Positions 51,787 through 63,942 of a DNA stretch of 63,942 nucleotides are shown piece after piece. The DNA lies in contig JARDVH010000132.1 of the NCBI GenBank assembly GCA_030324005.1, positions 118,533,600 to 118,597,541 on the forward strand, written 5' to 3'. The stretch comes from Negaprion brevirostris. Lineage: Eukaryota. The notes beneath the pieces are model-generated. The model did not search any database. It was not told where the DNA came from and was given only the letters and a program-made list of their open reading frames with translations. The position numbers were made by a program, and so were the translations under genes. Positions within the stretch are counted from its first letter, which is position 1; each line of letters starts with the position of its first letter.

Positions 51787-52532
51787 GTAATCTAATAGTC
51801 AGCAAGCATAATAACTTTAATAATGTGTACTTTTTCTTAGTTAAATCACTGACACTTAGGAAAGTGGAGTCTCCCAAACTCCAATGATTTAGGGATATAA
51901 ATTGTTGAGTGGTTTACAATATCTGAATGCATGGTGGGACAGAATATGCTGTTCTGGGATCTTAGCATGCTAATCTGACCTAACATTGGAAGTCTACTGT
52001 TGGGATATGTCTGATTAAAGAAACTTAATGATCCAACATACACAAGTTCAAAAAATTTTGCATATATAGACGGCTGATTGAAATTATGGTCTCCCTCTAT
52101 TTGATGTGTTTTCTTTTCACTGTTCATGCAGATTTGTTTTTCAAAACTAGAAACAATATATTGGGGTAATTTTAATCCCTGTGGAAGGTAGTGGGGTGTA
52201 AAATAAGGTGGGGTATAAAATAACTTTGCTCAGAGTTGAAAATATGTTCTGTTATTTGTACGGCTGAATTTTTCAAGTGAGCCCAGCAGCAGAATCAAAA
52301 GCAGGAGACAACTCTGGTCTGGCAGGCCCTGAGATGGTATTTTGCAGGTGACAGCCTAGTAACAGGTTGTACTGGGTTTATCATCTAGTTGAGGATGACA
52401 GTCCATCTCCCAGCACTGCCAACACGATCAGACGGCCAACTGCTCAGCAGCCTCAGTAGTGCCATCTTTAGAGGTTGTGAATGCCTATGCTGGATCATCA
52501 GAAAAAAGGGCTTTTCAATGACAATCTGTGGG

Positions 52533-52534
<2 letters not shown>

Positions 52535-52611
<77 letters not shown>
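52535..52611. repeat. (GT)n microsatellite, about 38 units
   Basis: Directly visible. Confidence 0.98.
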
Positions 52612-52614
<3 letters not shown>

Positions 52615-53284
52615 CTAGCGTGGTGGAGGGAGGTGTCACTTAATTGAGCAATTAATAACCATAATTGGTTGTCCAGTGGTTGGTTGCGCGACTGAAGTTC
52701 CTATCACTGGCATTATGCCATGGTCTCAGTAAGGAGTCAGAGTCCCCTCCTGGCACCTTACCATGGCACCTTACCATGTTTTATTGCCCTCTGCCTCCCA
52801 GTTTGTCTCCAAAGAGCTGGGAAATTCCTTTTTATCAAAGTAAGATCTTTCAGTCAGCTGTTTACTGGCTTTTGCACCCGCACCATTAAAATTACTAATA
52901 TGTAGAAGTTATGTTCACATTACCTTGTTTCCCAGAGGTTGTCAGGCAGTTAGACTTAAAGCTCAGGACAAACTGATGATGGTCACAAGGTCATATTCCT
53001 GAAATAATGTTGAAAATACTTTATTTCAAGGTACCACTAAGAACCTGTCAAACTAAGTATAGCGAATGGAATGGATTTTGTTTATTTTATATTCTACTTT
53101 TGACAATTTGGAGAGGTTTCATATTTGTATCATGTTGCCACACTTGAAAATATGAAGGCTAGATATCCTCTAGTGGGTCTAATAAAAGACTGGCTGAATA
53201 TAAGTTTGTTTTGAGAGAAATTCTAGGGATGGATTGCATGGATGGTTTTACTACTTAATTATATATTCACTTGCTGCATAAATT

Positions 53285-53710
53285 AGAATCATGTATAATA
53301 GAACAAGGCCAGTCAGTCCATCATGCTTGTGTTCACTTTGTTAAGGAGCTATCTATTTAGTCTTACTCCCATGCTTTTTTTCCCCGTATTTTCTCTCTTA
53401 ATATTTATCCAATTCATTTTTAAAACATTTAAGTCAATGTGCTTTCACCACCCTTTCAGATAATACATTCCTGAGCATAATAAGCCACTGTGTAACAAAA
53501 AAAATCACGTTGTTTCACTTCTGGCCTTTTGAAAATTACCTTAAACCTGTGTGTCATCTTGTTAATAACATTCCTATCCTGCCAGTGGAAACAGTTCCTC
53601 CTTTTCTTTTCTCTACCATAATCCTTCATGATTTGATTGCCTTTATTATATCACCCATTAACCTTCTATGTTGTCAGGAGAGTGATCTCAACTTCTCTAG
53701 ATTCTCCATG
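53285..53710 (-). mobile_element. CR1 3' fragment, old
   Basis: Minus strand ENLEKLRSLS and a CR1 3' UTR pattern. Confidence 0.65.
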
Positions 53711-53717
53711 TAAACAT

Positions 53718-54454
53718 GGGGGAATTTTCTGCTCCCATTTTTGAGGAGTGAAATCAGTGCAGACGATCCTGTGGGAATCCCAGAATTGATTTTATGACTG
53801 CAGGATTTCCCATTGTGATTGTCCTCACCCACCCCCTGCCAATGACAAAAGGATATTGGAACTTTATCCATTTGAATATATTTAAATATAATTATAAGAT
53901 CTTTATACCTGATAGCCCCTCCATCCTAAACTGTTCATTCACATTCACATGCCCTTACGCTGATATAAGTCAGAACAGGTCTCCCATAAGATACACATGG
54001 TGAACAGAACCCACCAGAGGTGAGTACAGCCCCTGGGAAGAGAGGGTCATTCCCAGGCAGGACCCTGGTACTATTACTGGTACTTTTCAGGTAGTGCCAG
54101 TGACAGTAGCAGGACAGTGCGGCAGATGAATTCCATATCCATGGAGTAGGAAATTGGGGTGTCTCTGTAGTCAGGGGCAATGAGGGAGTTCCATGGTGAG
54201 GGGGAGGTCTCCATGGTGGGGGAGTAGGGAGAGGAATGTTCTGTGGTTGGGGGCTCCATGGTTTTACTTATTAAAATCAGGGTAGATCTTTTAAAAACCT
54301 AAATTGCAGACAGAGTTGTCATGGGATCCATCATTACCATTCTGTCGCTGAGTGCCTAAAATGCTGTAGAGGAAACCATCCTTGGGGCTGGCAGCTTCCA
54401 CATGGTTTTTCCTGTCTGCTACGTTACTCGAAGAAATGAGAAAATTCCACCCCC
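53718..54454. mobile_element. Harbinger-type MITE
   Basis: Imperfect TIRs GGGGGAATTTTCT / AGAAAATTCCACCCC. Confidence 0.6.
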
Positions 54455-54988
54455 AAAGTATTTTGAATGGATTTTGAAGTAGAGATAGATCTATCTTTAA
54501 GGCTGTAACCCCATTCCCATTGGTTGCATACATGTTTCTTTTCTCTATTCAAATAAAAATTGAGCTATGATACAGATATTTCTTGTCTATAACATGGAAC
54601 TTCACTGGAGAATTTATATTTTGATTGACCCTATTCATATACAAATTGCAGAGATGAATGGGTATTCTACAATTTAATTTGCATTATGCAAACATTTTGA
54701 TCAGATAATTAAAAAGAGATACACAGAGTGTTTATATACTGATCAATGGAAAGCATGAATTTGATGGATGAAATTGTTTTTTCCTGTTCCATAATTTGTT
54801 ATGTCCTTACAAATGCATTTTTGTAAGATCACTGTTACATAAGATCACAAGAAATATATATTAATAGTCATAATTGTCAACATCCTTGNNNNNNNNNNNN
54901 NNNNNNNNNNNNNNNNNNNNNNNNNNNNNNNNNNNNNNNNNNNNNNNNNNNNNNNNNNNNNNNNNNNNNNNNNNNNNNNNNNNNNNNN

Positions 54989-55620
54989 TTTAATAGTCAT
55001 AATTGTCAACATCCTTGGGGTTATCATGGACCAGAAACTCGACTGGACTCACCAGTGGCTACAAGGACAGGTCAGAGGCTAAGAATACTGCAGTGAGTAA
55101 TTCCCCAAAGCCATCTATAAGGTACAAGTCAGGAGTGTGATGGAATATTCCCCTCTTACCATGGTGGGTGCAGCTCCAACAACATGCAGGAAGCTTGACA
55201 CCATCCAGGACAAAGCAGCCTGCTTGATTGGCACCACATCCAACAACGTCCACTCTCTCCACCACTGACGCTCAGTAGCAGCAGTGTGTACTATCTACAA
55301 GGTGCACTGCAGAAATTCATCAAAGATCCTTTTATAGAACATTCCAAACCCACAACCACTTCCATCTCGAAGGACAAGAGCAGCAAGTTCCCCGCTAAGC
55401 CATTCACCATCCTGATTTGGAAATATGTCACCATTCCTTCACAGTCGTTGGGTCAAAATCCTGGAATTCCCTCCCTTATGGTATTGTGGGTCAACCCGTA
55501 GAAAGTGGACTACAGCGTTTCAAGAAGGCAGCTCACCACCACCTTCTCAAGGGCAACTAGGGATGAGTAATAAATTCTGGCCAGCCAGCCATGTTCATGT
55601 CCAATGAATGAATAAAAAAA
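54989..55620 (+). mobile_element. CR1/L2-group LINE family B, 3' end
   Basis: IYKVQVRSVMEYSPL, KLDTIQDKAACLIG; tail ATGAATGAATAAAAAA. Confidence 0.88.
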
Positions 55621-56847
55621 GATTGTATTCAATTGTCTGTGGAAGAGTTAAATTGTAATTGATCATTCATAGCTAGTGAGAAGCGATACCTGTGGAGGAA
55701 ATATGTCCAATTACTGACTGACATGAGCTCCTATGTAATACAGTGTCCCCCACTAATAATGGCATGTTTGTGCAGACATAATCTGCCTATTCTATATACA
55801 ATGGTTGGTATAATGTGATAAAGCTATATATATTTAAGATAACAAAATACTGTGACTGCTAAAAATCTAAAACAAAAACAGAAAATGTTGGAAGCAGTTA
55901 GGTTTGGCGGTATCTGTGAAGAATGCTGTATTATACATTATATAGTTCTTGCTCATCAGCATCCACAATGCCCTAAGCCTCTACTTGATAAACATATTTA
56001 ATATTGGACCTGACACTTAACAAAGAGCTTGCTTATTTCAGTTCTTTTTAACCTTCACTGGAGCTGCAGCTCTCCAGTGACCAAGGAACATCACGCTATT
56101 GCTCCAAGCAAAATTACAGCAAGGCAGTTTTTTCACTACCTTTTTGATGTCTTGCATCTGAAGGACAAATCAATACTAAACTGTGACAAATACTAAACAG
56201 TAATGCTTCAAAATCAGAATCACGATAAGCAGGTTATATCAATGATAGGCATGGTGTCAAAACAGATACCAACTTGAATAGATTATTTTAGATTTTGTTC
56301 TGTTTAATTTTCTAAAATATTACAAATAAGGTTTTTACAGCATTTGTTCTTCATGTATTTCCCTAATTATTTTATATTTACAGATATAATGAGAAAATTG
56401 ATCCATATATTGTGTACTTCGCAATGTAATATCATAATAAATATAGTTGCTTCTGCCCAAAATAGAGCACTTAAGAATTTATAATCAGTTATTTTAAAAT
56501 TGATATTAATGTAAATTGTTCTCAATTTTTGGTTGATATCTGCATCTATCTGTTTTATAGGTGGATATTTAAGTGGAAGAGGACTGTAGGTTTCTGGCCA
56601 TTCATTGGAAATATTCTGGAAAATAACCTGTTGAAAGGCTAAATCTGGATGTTAGCATTACAATTAAATTGTCCTGTAATGTAACTGGATCACATTTTTG
56701 TGGAGCCAGCTTCTCTTTTTGATATTTCAGTACTCTTTGAAATACTCTGCACAACATCTTAATCAGTTGCATTAAAGGGGAGTTATTACAATATTTCTTA
56801 GATTCCCTTATGTTATGATTTGGAGACACCTGCAGCTTTCTATGGTA

Positions 56848-57644
56848 CGTTAAGGACCAGATCAGAAACTCCAAGGTATATTATGAAGTTAGCCTAGATC
56901 CTAACTTTTACATTTGATTTTGGCATTAGGTGTTTCGCTTCAGTTATGTTTTAAGTGAGCCACAAGGAAGCTTTTATCAAAACAAACTTTATTTTAGAAC
57001 AGTTAGATTATAACAAAAAGAATTAGCATAACTTTTACCAGTTAAAATACTTAAACGTGACAAAGAATAGTTCCTTACAGCTAGCTATCTCCAAATTCCA
57101 ATTCAGCAGCATCCCCACAGACATGAATCCCTTATTTAGAACCAATTAGCATAGAAACCAAAGATGCTTATATAGATACAAGATGTCGCCTTTTGACATT
57201 TCTGGAGAGTGATCCAGACAAATACCTGTCTTCTAATTCTCCTTCACCCCAGACATTAGAATCTCAGAGAAAAAGGCTTATTTCTTGACAGATTCCAGTC
57301 TCCACTTCAAATAGAGCAAAAGATACAGAGAAAGCAATGTCTCTTTAAAAATCCCAAAAGCAGACTGTCTTAAGTTCTCTGTGAAAGCCTAGCTGTACCC
57401 AGTTATATGACCTAATCAAACCCTACTCTGCAATCCCAGGGAGAAACCCAAAACACCAGAACTCTGTATTATGTCAGGTTAAAACAAACACTCATCCATT
57501 AAGATCAATTATGCTGTTGCAGAAACAATACAGTGCTGCAGGAGTCAAGACAAAATGTCTTCAATAAAAATGAAAGGAACTAATAAACATGTTCAGCACA
57601 GAAACATGACTAAAATACATTTTTAAAGGCACAGTATCGTCACA
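56848..57644 (-). repeat. Solo LTR
   Basis: (C/T)GT...ACA termini, near-TSD GGTA/AGTA; related to 42717-43415. Confidence 0.7.
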
Positions 57645-57851
57645 AGTAGGAAAGGATGAAGAACAGAAAATCATCTGACATTTATCTTTATTCCTTACTC
57701 CCAAAGGAAAGGAAGTCAGTCTCAGGGAAAATATAACATTCAACTGAGTGAGACTATTCATTCTTTATTGGTATAATCCAGGTGCTAGGAGGTTACTTTA
57801 AATTTATTCCTGTAGAAATCTTGCACGGATCACACAGTCCTGTCACCTCTA

Positions 57852-59632
57852 CTCATTAATGGTGGTGAACAATTAAACAACTATCTGGAGGATGAGCCTC
57901 CACAAATATCCCAACCCCCCAACAATGGGACAGCCTAGCACACCAGTGTGAAAGACAAGCCTGAAGCATTTGAAATCATTTTCAGCCAGATGTGGCAAGT
58001 GGATGATTGAACAGGGCTTTCTTGAGGTGCCCCACATCACAGATGTCAGCCTTCAGCCAATTTGATTCACTCCATGTGGTATCAAGAAACAGTGAAGGCA
58101 CTCAATATTGCAAAAGTTATGGGCCCTGACTATATTCCAACAATACTTCCGAAGACTTGCTCCAGACCTAACTGCACCCCTAGCCAAGCTGTTCCAATAC
58201 AGCTGCAACACTATGTGCAAAATTGTTCAGGTATGTTATGTCCACAGAAAGCAGGACAAATCCAACCCAAGCAATTACTGCCACACTAGCCTACCCTCGA
58301 TCATCAGCAAAGTGATAGAAGGTGTCATGGATCGTGTTAGCGAGCAGCGTTTTCACAGCAACAACCTGCTCACTGATGGCCAGTTTGGGTTCCCCAGGTT
58401 CCTCCTGATCTCATTATAGCCTTGGTCCAAACATGAACAGAAGAACTGAACTCACTAGGTGAGGTGAGATGCCCTTGATATCAAGGTGGTATTTGACAGA
58501 ATGTGGCATCAAGGAGCTCTAGCAAAACTGAAGACAATGGGAATTGGGGAGATTCTCCAGTGGTAAGTCATGCCTAACACAAGCAAAAACAGTTGAGGTT
58601 GTTGAAGGTCAATCATCTCAGTCCCAGGTGATTGATGCAGGAATTCTCAGATGAATGTTGTAGGCACTACCATCTTCAGCTGCTTCATCAATGATCTTCC
58701 CTCTGTCATAAGGTCAGAAGTGGGGATGGTCGTAGATAATTGTACAATGTTCAGCACCATATGCAACTCCTTATTTTCTTAAGAAGCCTAAGCCCATATG
58801 CAGCAAGACCTAGACAACATTCAGGTTCAGACTGATCAGTGGCAGGTAACATTTGCGCCACAGATGTGCCAGGTAGTGACCATCTCCAACAAGAGACAAT
58901 CTAACCAATGCCCTTGCTATTCAAAGACATTACCATTGCTGAAACCCCCATTGTTAAAATCCTGCAGGGGGTGGGCAGGAGGGGTGGTTACCATTGACCA
59001 GAAACATAACTTGACTAGCCATATAAATTCTGTGGCTACAAGAGCAGATCAGAGGCTCAGAATCCTGTGGCGAGTAGCTCACTTCCTGACTCCCCAAAGC
59101 CTGTCCACCATCTGCAATACACAAATCAGGAGTGTGATGAAATACTCTCAACTTACCTGGATGAGTAGCTCCAACAGCACTCAAAAAACTTAACACCATT
59201 CAGGACAAAGCAGCCTGCTTGGTTGGCACCCCACCACCTTGAACATTCATTCTTTCCAAAGCCATGCATAGAACAGCACTATGTACCATATTCATGATGC
59301 ACTGCAATAACTCATCAAGGCTCCTTTGACAACAGCTTTCAGACACACTGTCTCTACTACTTAGAAGGACAAGGGCAGCAGATGCATGGGAATACCACCA
59401 CCAACATGTTTCTCTCCAAGCCACACACCATCCTGACTTGGATGTATGTTACCTTTCCTTCATTGTCGCTGGGTCAAAATCACGAAATTAACAGCAACGT
59501 GATGTACTTAAGCAATGTAGACTGCAGTAGTGTGAAGAAGGCAGTTCATTACCACTTTCTCATCGGCAATTAGGAATGGATGACAAATGCTGGCCTACAT
59601 AGTACTCCTACATATCACAAAAGAATTAAAAG
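57852..59632 (+). mobile_element. CR1/L2-group LINE family B, RT to 3' end
   Basis: APDLTAPLAKLFQYS, KQDKSNPSNY, DGQFGF, IFSCFINDLP, LTPQSLSTI. Confidence 0.9.
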
Positions 59633-59660
59633 AAGACCCTTCTTNNNNNNNNNNNNNNNN

Positions 59661-60440
59661 CAGGCAACATCCTGGTAAACCTCCTCTGCACCCTCTCCAG
59701 AGTCTCCACGTCCTTCCGGTAGTAAGGTGACCAGAACAGGACGCAGTACTCCAAATGCGGTCTAACCATTCATAATAATTCAGTCATAAAAAACATACAC
59801 TTACATAGAAAACAGCAGCATGGAAAATTTACAGCACAGAAGAAGGGTTATTCATTCCATTGTGTCTGTGCCAGCCGAAAAAAAACCTAAACATGCTTTG
59901 CATACCCCCTAGTTTACAGAGATTCAAATTCATACACAAGCACTTTATAAATACAATCAATGTTTTTGCTTCTATCGCATTTTGGGCAGTGAATTCTAAA
60001 CACCCGTCATCCTCTAGGTAAAGAAATTGCACCCTAACACTCTTCTAAACTTGCTGCTAGTTGCTTTAAATCTATCCCTTCTGCTTATTAACCTTTCTAC
60101 TAGGGAAACAGGTCCTTCCTTTTCACACCTTCATTATCCTCATTATTTTACATACCTCAATTAAATCTTCACCCTAGCCTCCTCTGTTCCAAACAAAAAC
60201 AATCACAGTTTATCCAATCTACGTCATAGCTAAAATTTTCCATTCCTGGCAACGTGCCCTTAAATTGCCACTGCATCCCTTCCACTCAGTCATATACTTC
60301 CTGTAAGACAATGGCCATAACTCTATCTGTGGCCTGACTAGTCTTTTATACAGTTCTATGCTACAAGTAATGCAATACAATATCCCATGTGCCTTCTTAA
60401 CCACCCACCTACCTGTCCAATCAACTTCAAGATTCTCTAG
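59661..60440 (-). mobile_element. CR1 3' fragments
   Basis: Minus strand LYKRLVRPQIE and [19 protein letters not shown]. Confidence 0.75.
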
Positions 60441-61397
60441 GTATGTACTCCCCTGTCCCTCTTCCCATTATCCTATCATTACCTTTGCCACTGAAGGTGG
60501 ATAGAGGTTATATTTTTGATTCTTTTAGAATCTCTGTAAACAATATATCCCAAGAACTTTCAACAAAACTTGGTACAGTATGGCTCAAGGAAGAGTTGAT
60601 TAATGTTTGGCAAATTTGCAGATATGGATCCAGATCCTGATTTTTTTTTAATGGCCCAGCTGTTAACGTTGGAAGATAGGGCAGAATGACTTTTAAGATG
60701 TCATAGCTTGTTTGTTTTGGAATGTTGTTGATTGTTTTGGAGAGTTATGGATTGTCTCATTTGCTTTGGTATGTTTTGTCACAGTAGCACCTCCATCCCA
60801 TGGGACAGTGCTGAGATCAACCCCTTGTCCCCAGCTTGAGCCCACTCAACCTCGAGGACCTTTAGGGGACTCTCCCTCTCCAGCCTGGTAGCAGCATAAG
60901 GGCAAAGCTTTGTTGATGCCAAGTTGATGCTGGACTCCTCCATATTCCACGGCATAATGCACAGGCTTTCTGCAGGTTTTCACTGCATCAACCAGTCGGT
61001 TATGTATGCCCACCAGCTTTCTTCTGCGACCCGGCTGATTGAAGTCCCTATTCTGACCCTTATGCAGTGATGCAGTGAATTAGTGTATGATCAGGCCCTG
61101 CAACACGCTTGCATATATGGCATTCATCATCCCAACTCTGCGTATTTGTGCCTGGTGGCTACCATGTGTAAGTCCCTTTTCTATCCTGGCCTCTAATCTA
61201 TGAACAGTGTAAGGCTCTAGAGCTGGCAGTCTTTTAGCTGGTGACTGCAAGTCTGTCCATCTTTGTTGTTTTCTTCCTTTTCCTTCTGTAACTGGGAAAG
61301 TTCCAATTTTTGAGATATTTGAAATGAAAAAGGAACAAGGGCGGGAGATGNNNNNNNNNNAAATAAGAAGTGCTTAGTTACAACTTTACCTTAATCA

Positions 61398-61713
61398 GGG
61401 CAGCACATTGGCACAGTTGTTAGCACTGCTGACTCACAGCAGCAGGAACCTGGGTTCAATTCCAGCCTTGAGTCACTATCTGTGCCAAGATTGCACGTTC
61501 CCCCCATGTCTTCATGTGTTTCCTCCGGGTACTCCGGTTTCCTCCCACAGTCTGAAAGATGCGCTGCTTAGGTGCATTGGCTGTGCTAAATTCTCCCTCA
61601 GTGTACCCGAACAGATGCTGAAGTATGGCAGCCAGGGGATTTTCACAGTAACTTCATTGCAGTGTTAATTTAAGCCTACTTGTGACACTAATAAATAAAC
61701 AAAAAACAAAAAA
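61398..61713 (+). mobile_element. HE1 / V-SINE with alternative tail, near full length
   Basis: tRNA head with A/B boxes (GGTTCAATTCC), V-domain, tail GTAACTTCATTGCAGTGTTAAT.TAAGCCTACTTGTGACACTAATAAATAAA. Confidence 0.88.
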
Positions 61714-62817
61714 GAAGAAATTGTGAGGGAGGGATGGGAGATGCGGTAAGAGCAAAGGAGATTTAAGTATCCCTCATCATCCCTATAAGTAATCATGATC
61801 TTTAGGGTACCCTCTCCCATGATGGCTAGCACTGTGTTCTCCATGGTGATTAAAAGATTCAGAGGTGCTTGTCATACTCCANNNNNNNNNNNNNNNNNNN
61901 NNNNNNNNNNNNNNNNNNNNNNNNNNNNNNNNNNNNNNNNNNNNNNNNNNNNNNNNNNNNNNNNNNNNNNNNNNNNNNNNNTCCTCCAGTTCTTTCCTGC
62001 TGTCTCCTTTTACGTGCTATCTTAAGTAAGCCATGGATGAAGTAAGTGTTTCAGTTAGTAGGATATGTCATTTTGAAATTGAACTCACTCAACTTGTGTC
62101 AGATCATTAATCTTCTTCCTTCGCTATATCCATGTTCTTAAAACAGTATTCTTGCATTGGCCTACATTGCCATTTCTTCCTACTATCTAGCATAACTTTC
62201 GATAACCTCCTTCCTCTACTGTCCTTCTTTCTATACCTGGCACAAAGACCTCTAGGTGTACGTTCCAGTATCTGCTTTATCTATGCTCTCTCCTGCTATT
62301 GTATCCTAGGTTTAAGGTATAAATAAAATAATCTGTTTCCATCTACATTATGGAATCCTTCTAATATTCTAATATTGTAGAATATTAGAATATTTACTCA
62401 ATATAAAAAAGTTAATCATTCTCTCTTTATTCCTTGAGCTGCAGAATTTTGTATATTGAGTGTGCATATCAGAAATTCAAACACATGCCAGTTTACAATT
62501 TCTATGATTTTTATCAGCAATGGAAGATTGTGAGATTGCATTTAGACAGATATCAAGTAAGTACTCCTAACTTGCAAAGTTCTGCATCAGGAATGCTAAC
62601 AGTGATCTCACAGTGGTGGGGTCACTTGCTTTAATTTTAAATGCCTTCAAATGCATTGCAATACTTGATTCGCCTTGTTGATTAGCTTTGATTGAGTATT
62701 TTCAGTGAACTGCCAATAATCATCCCCAAATAATTTTCCTTTGTCAACGTTGCAAATAAATATGCACTGGAAGCTACTTCCTCATAACAAACATTGTGCA
62801 TAATTTGTACACCATAG

Positions 62818-62915
62818 CTGAAGTTGCCAGAAATTACAGACAAGAAGCAAAAGGACAAAGTGTTTACTAAGAAAACAGCACAAGAGGACAACTTGGAGAA
62901 CAAATTTCCATCCAT
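62818..62915 (+). CDS. C7orf57: C7orf57 orthologue, coding exon D (98 nt, phase 0 to phase 2)
   Basis: accatAG|CTGAAG...TCCAT|GTAAGT; LKLPEITDKKQKDKVFTKKTAQEDNLENKFPS (human recalled as LRLPAIDSK...SFPP); phase-compatible with exon C. Confidence 0.85.
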
Positions 62916-63344
62916 GTAAGTTGCACTTTACCAAATCTGGAAGGATATTTTTCAAGCAGGACCTAAGATTTTATTATTTTTAATTCATGCCATTTTATTA
63001 GTTGGAAAATGCTTCAGTTTCAGTGTTATGGTCGCTATTTCACTATGTAATTTGTTTTTAATATTAGCTTTAATTTGTAGAGCATTGCTGGCAATGGATG
63101 CTAGTTAGAAAATTAGAGATTTGGCAAGTTCAAGGGGTGAAAAAAGCATGGCCTTCAGTCCCAAATTGAACTACCCTCCTTTATTACATTGACTGCAGTT
63201 ATGTATGCAACTCTTCAGTACCAAAAGGAATAGTGCTGCCTGCATGTTTGCATTGTGCTATTAGTAATTATTAGTCCTCTCACCCACAACTCTGTTACTT
63301 ATATTTTAACTTGTAACAAATCTCATTCATACACCAGCCATGTA

Positions 63345-63942
63345 CTTCATAGAATCCTTACAGTGCAAAAGGACATCTTTTGGCCCATTAAGTGTGTCAT
63401 AGAGTCAAAGAGGTTTACAGCATGGAAACAGGCCCTTTGGCCCAACTTGTCCATGCCTCCCTTTTTTTAAAACTCCTAAACTAATCCCAATTGCCCACAT
63501 TTGGCCCATATCCCTCTATACCCATTGTACCCATGTAACTGGCTAAATGCTTTTAGAAAGACAAAATTGTACCTGCCTCTACTACTATCTCTGGCAGCTT
63601 GTTCCAGACACTCACCACCCTCAGTGTGAAAAATTCCTGTCTGGACAATTTTGTATCTCTCCCCTCTCATCTTAAACCTATGCCCTCTAGTTTTAGACTT
63701 GCCTACCTTTGGGAAGAGATATTGACTATCTAGCTGATCTGTGGCCCTCGTTATTTTATAGACTTCTATAAGATCATCCCTCAGCCTCCTACGCTCCAGC
63801 GAAAAAAATCCCAGTCTATCCAGCCTCTCCTCATAACTGAATCCATTAAGTCCTGGTAGCATCCAAGTAAATCTTTTCTGCATTCTTTCTAGTTTAATAA
63901 TATCCTTTCTATAATAGGGTGACCAGAATTGCACACAGTATT
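63345..63942 (-). mobile_element. CR1 3' end, young; same subfamily as 45490-45810
   Basis: ORF 63476-63934 [21 protein letters not shown]...TRGHRFK; 3' UTR nearly identical to 45490-45810. Confidence 0.92.

Noticed and set aside
52385-52643. His-Thr and Cys-Val repeat ORFs
   Set aside because: Translations of the (GT)n microsatellite
56561-56585. AG|GTGGATATTTAA...|GTAGGT possible small exon between exons C and D
   Set aside because: Contains an in-frame stop in phase 0, and exons C and D already join in frame
61398-61470. tRNA-like sequence with A/B boxes (also 46892, 47701, 22260)
   Set aside because: These are SINE heads followed by V or Deu domains, not tRNA genes

Overview
Vertebrate genomic DNA, almost certainly from a shark or ray: it carries HE1/V-SINEs, SacSINE1-like DeuSINEs and shark-type CR1 LINEs. 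The assembly is a gappy draft with many 100-N gaps. The window holds one host gene, which the ORF track misses entirely: a C7orf57 orthologue on the + strand. Four coding exons splice in frame with canonical AG/GT (22457-22651, 37907-38009, 51651-51786, 62818-62915), and there is a plausible 24-nt micro-exon at 21045-21068. The start codon is unresolved and the 3' exons lie beyond the window. The rest is mostly decayed transposons: CR1 and CR1/L2-group LINEs, a Rex1/Babar fragment, PIF/Harbinger elements (transposase, Myb/SANT partner relics and many MITEs), three solo LTRs, and a Gmr1-type Gypsy provirus (integrase before RT/RNase H, SCAN-like Gag, tRNA-Pro-like PBS) whose RT core is replaced by a Penelope GIY-YIG fragment. 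I cannot support an intact, novel multi-gene system. The best leads are a short palindromic Penelope-derived element with a hammerhead-ribozyme relic and a 10-bp TSD, a V-SINE subfamily with a swapped 3' tail, the micro-exon, an unidentified reading frame inside a Harbinger element, and a divergent CTCF-motif pair in repeat-free intron DNA. Family assignments rest on motif recognition from memory, not database searches, and repeat boundaries are approximate unless a TSD or TIR is quoted.
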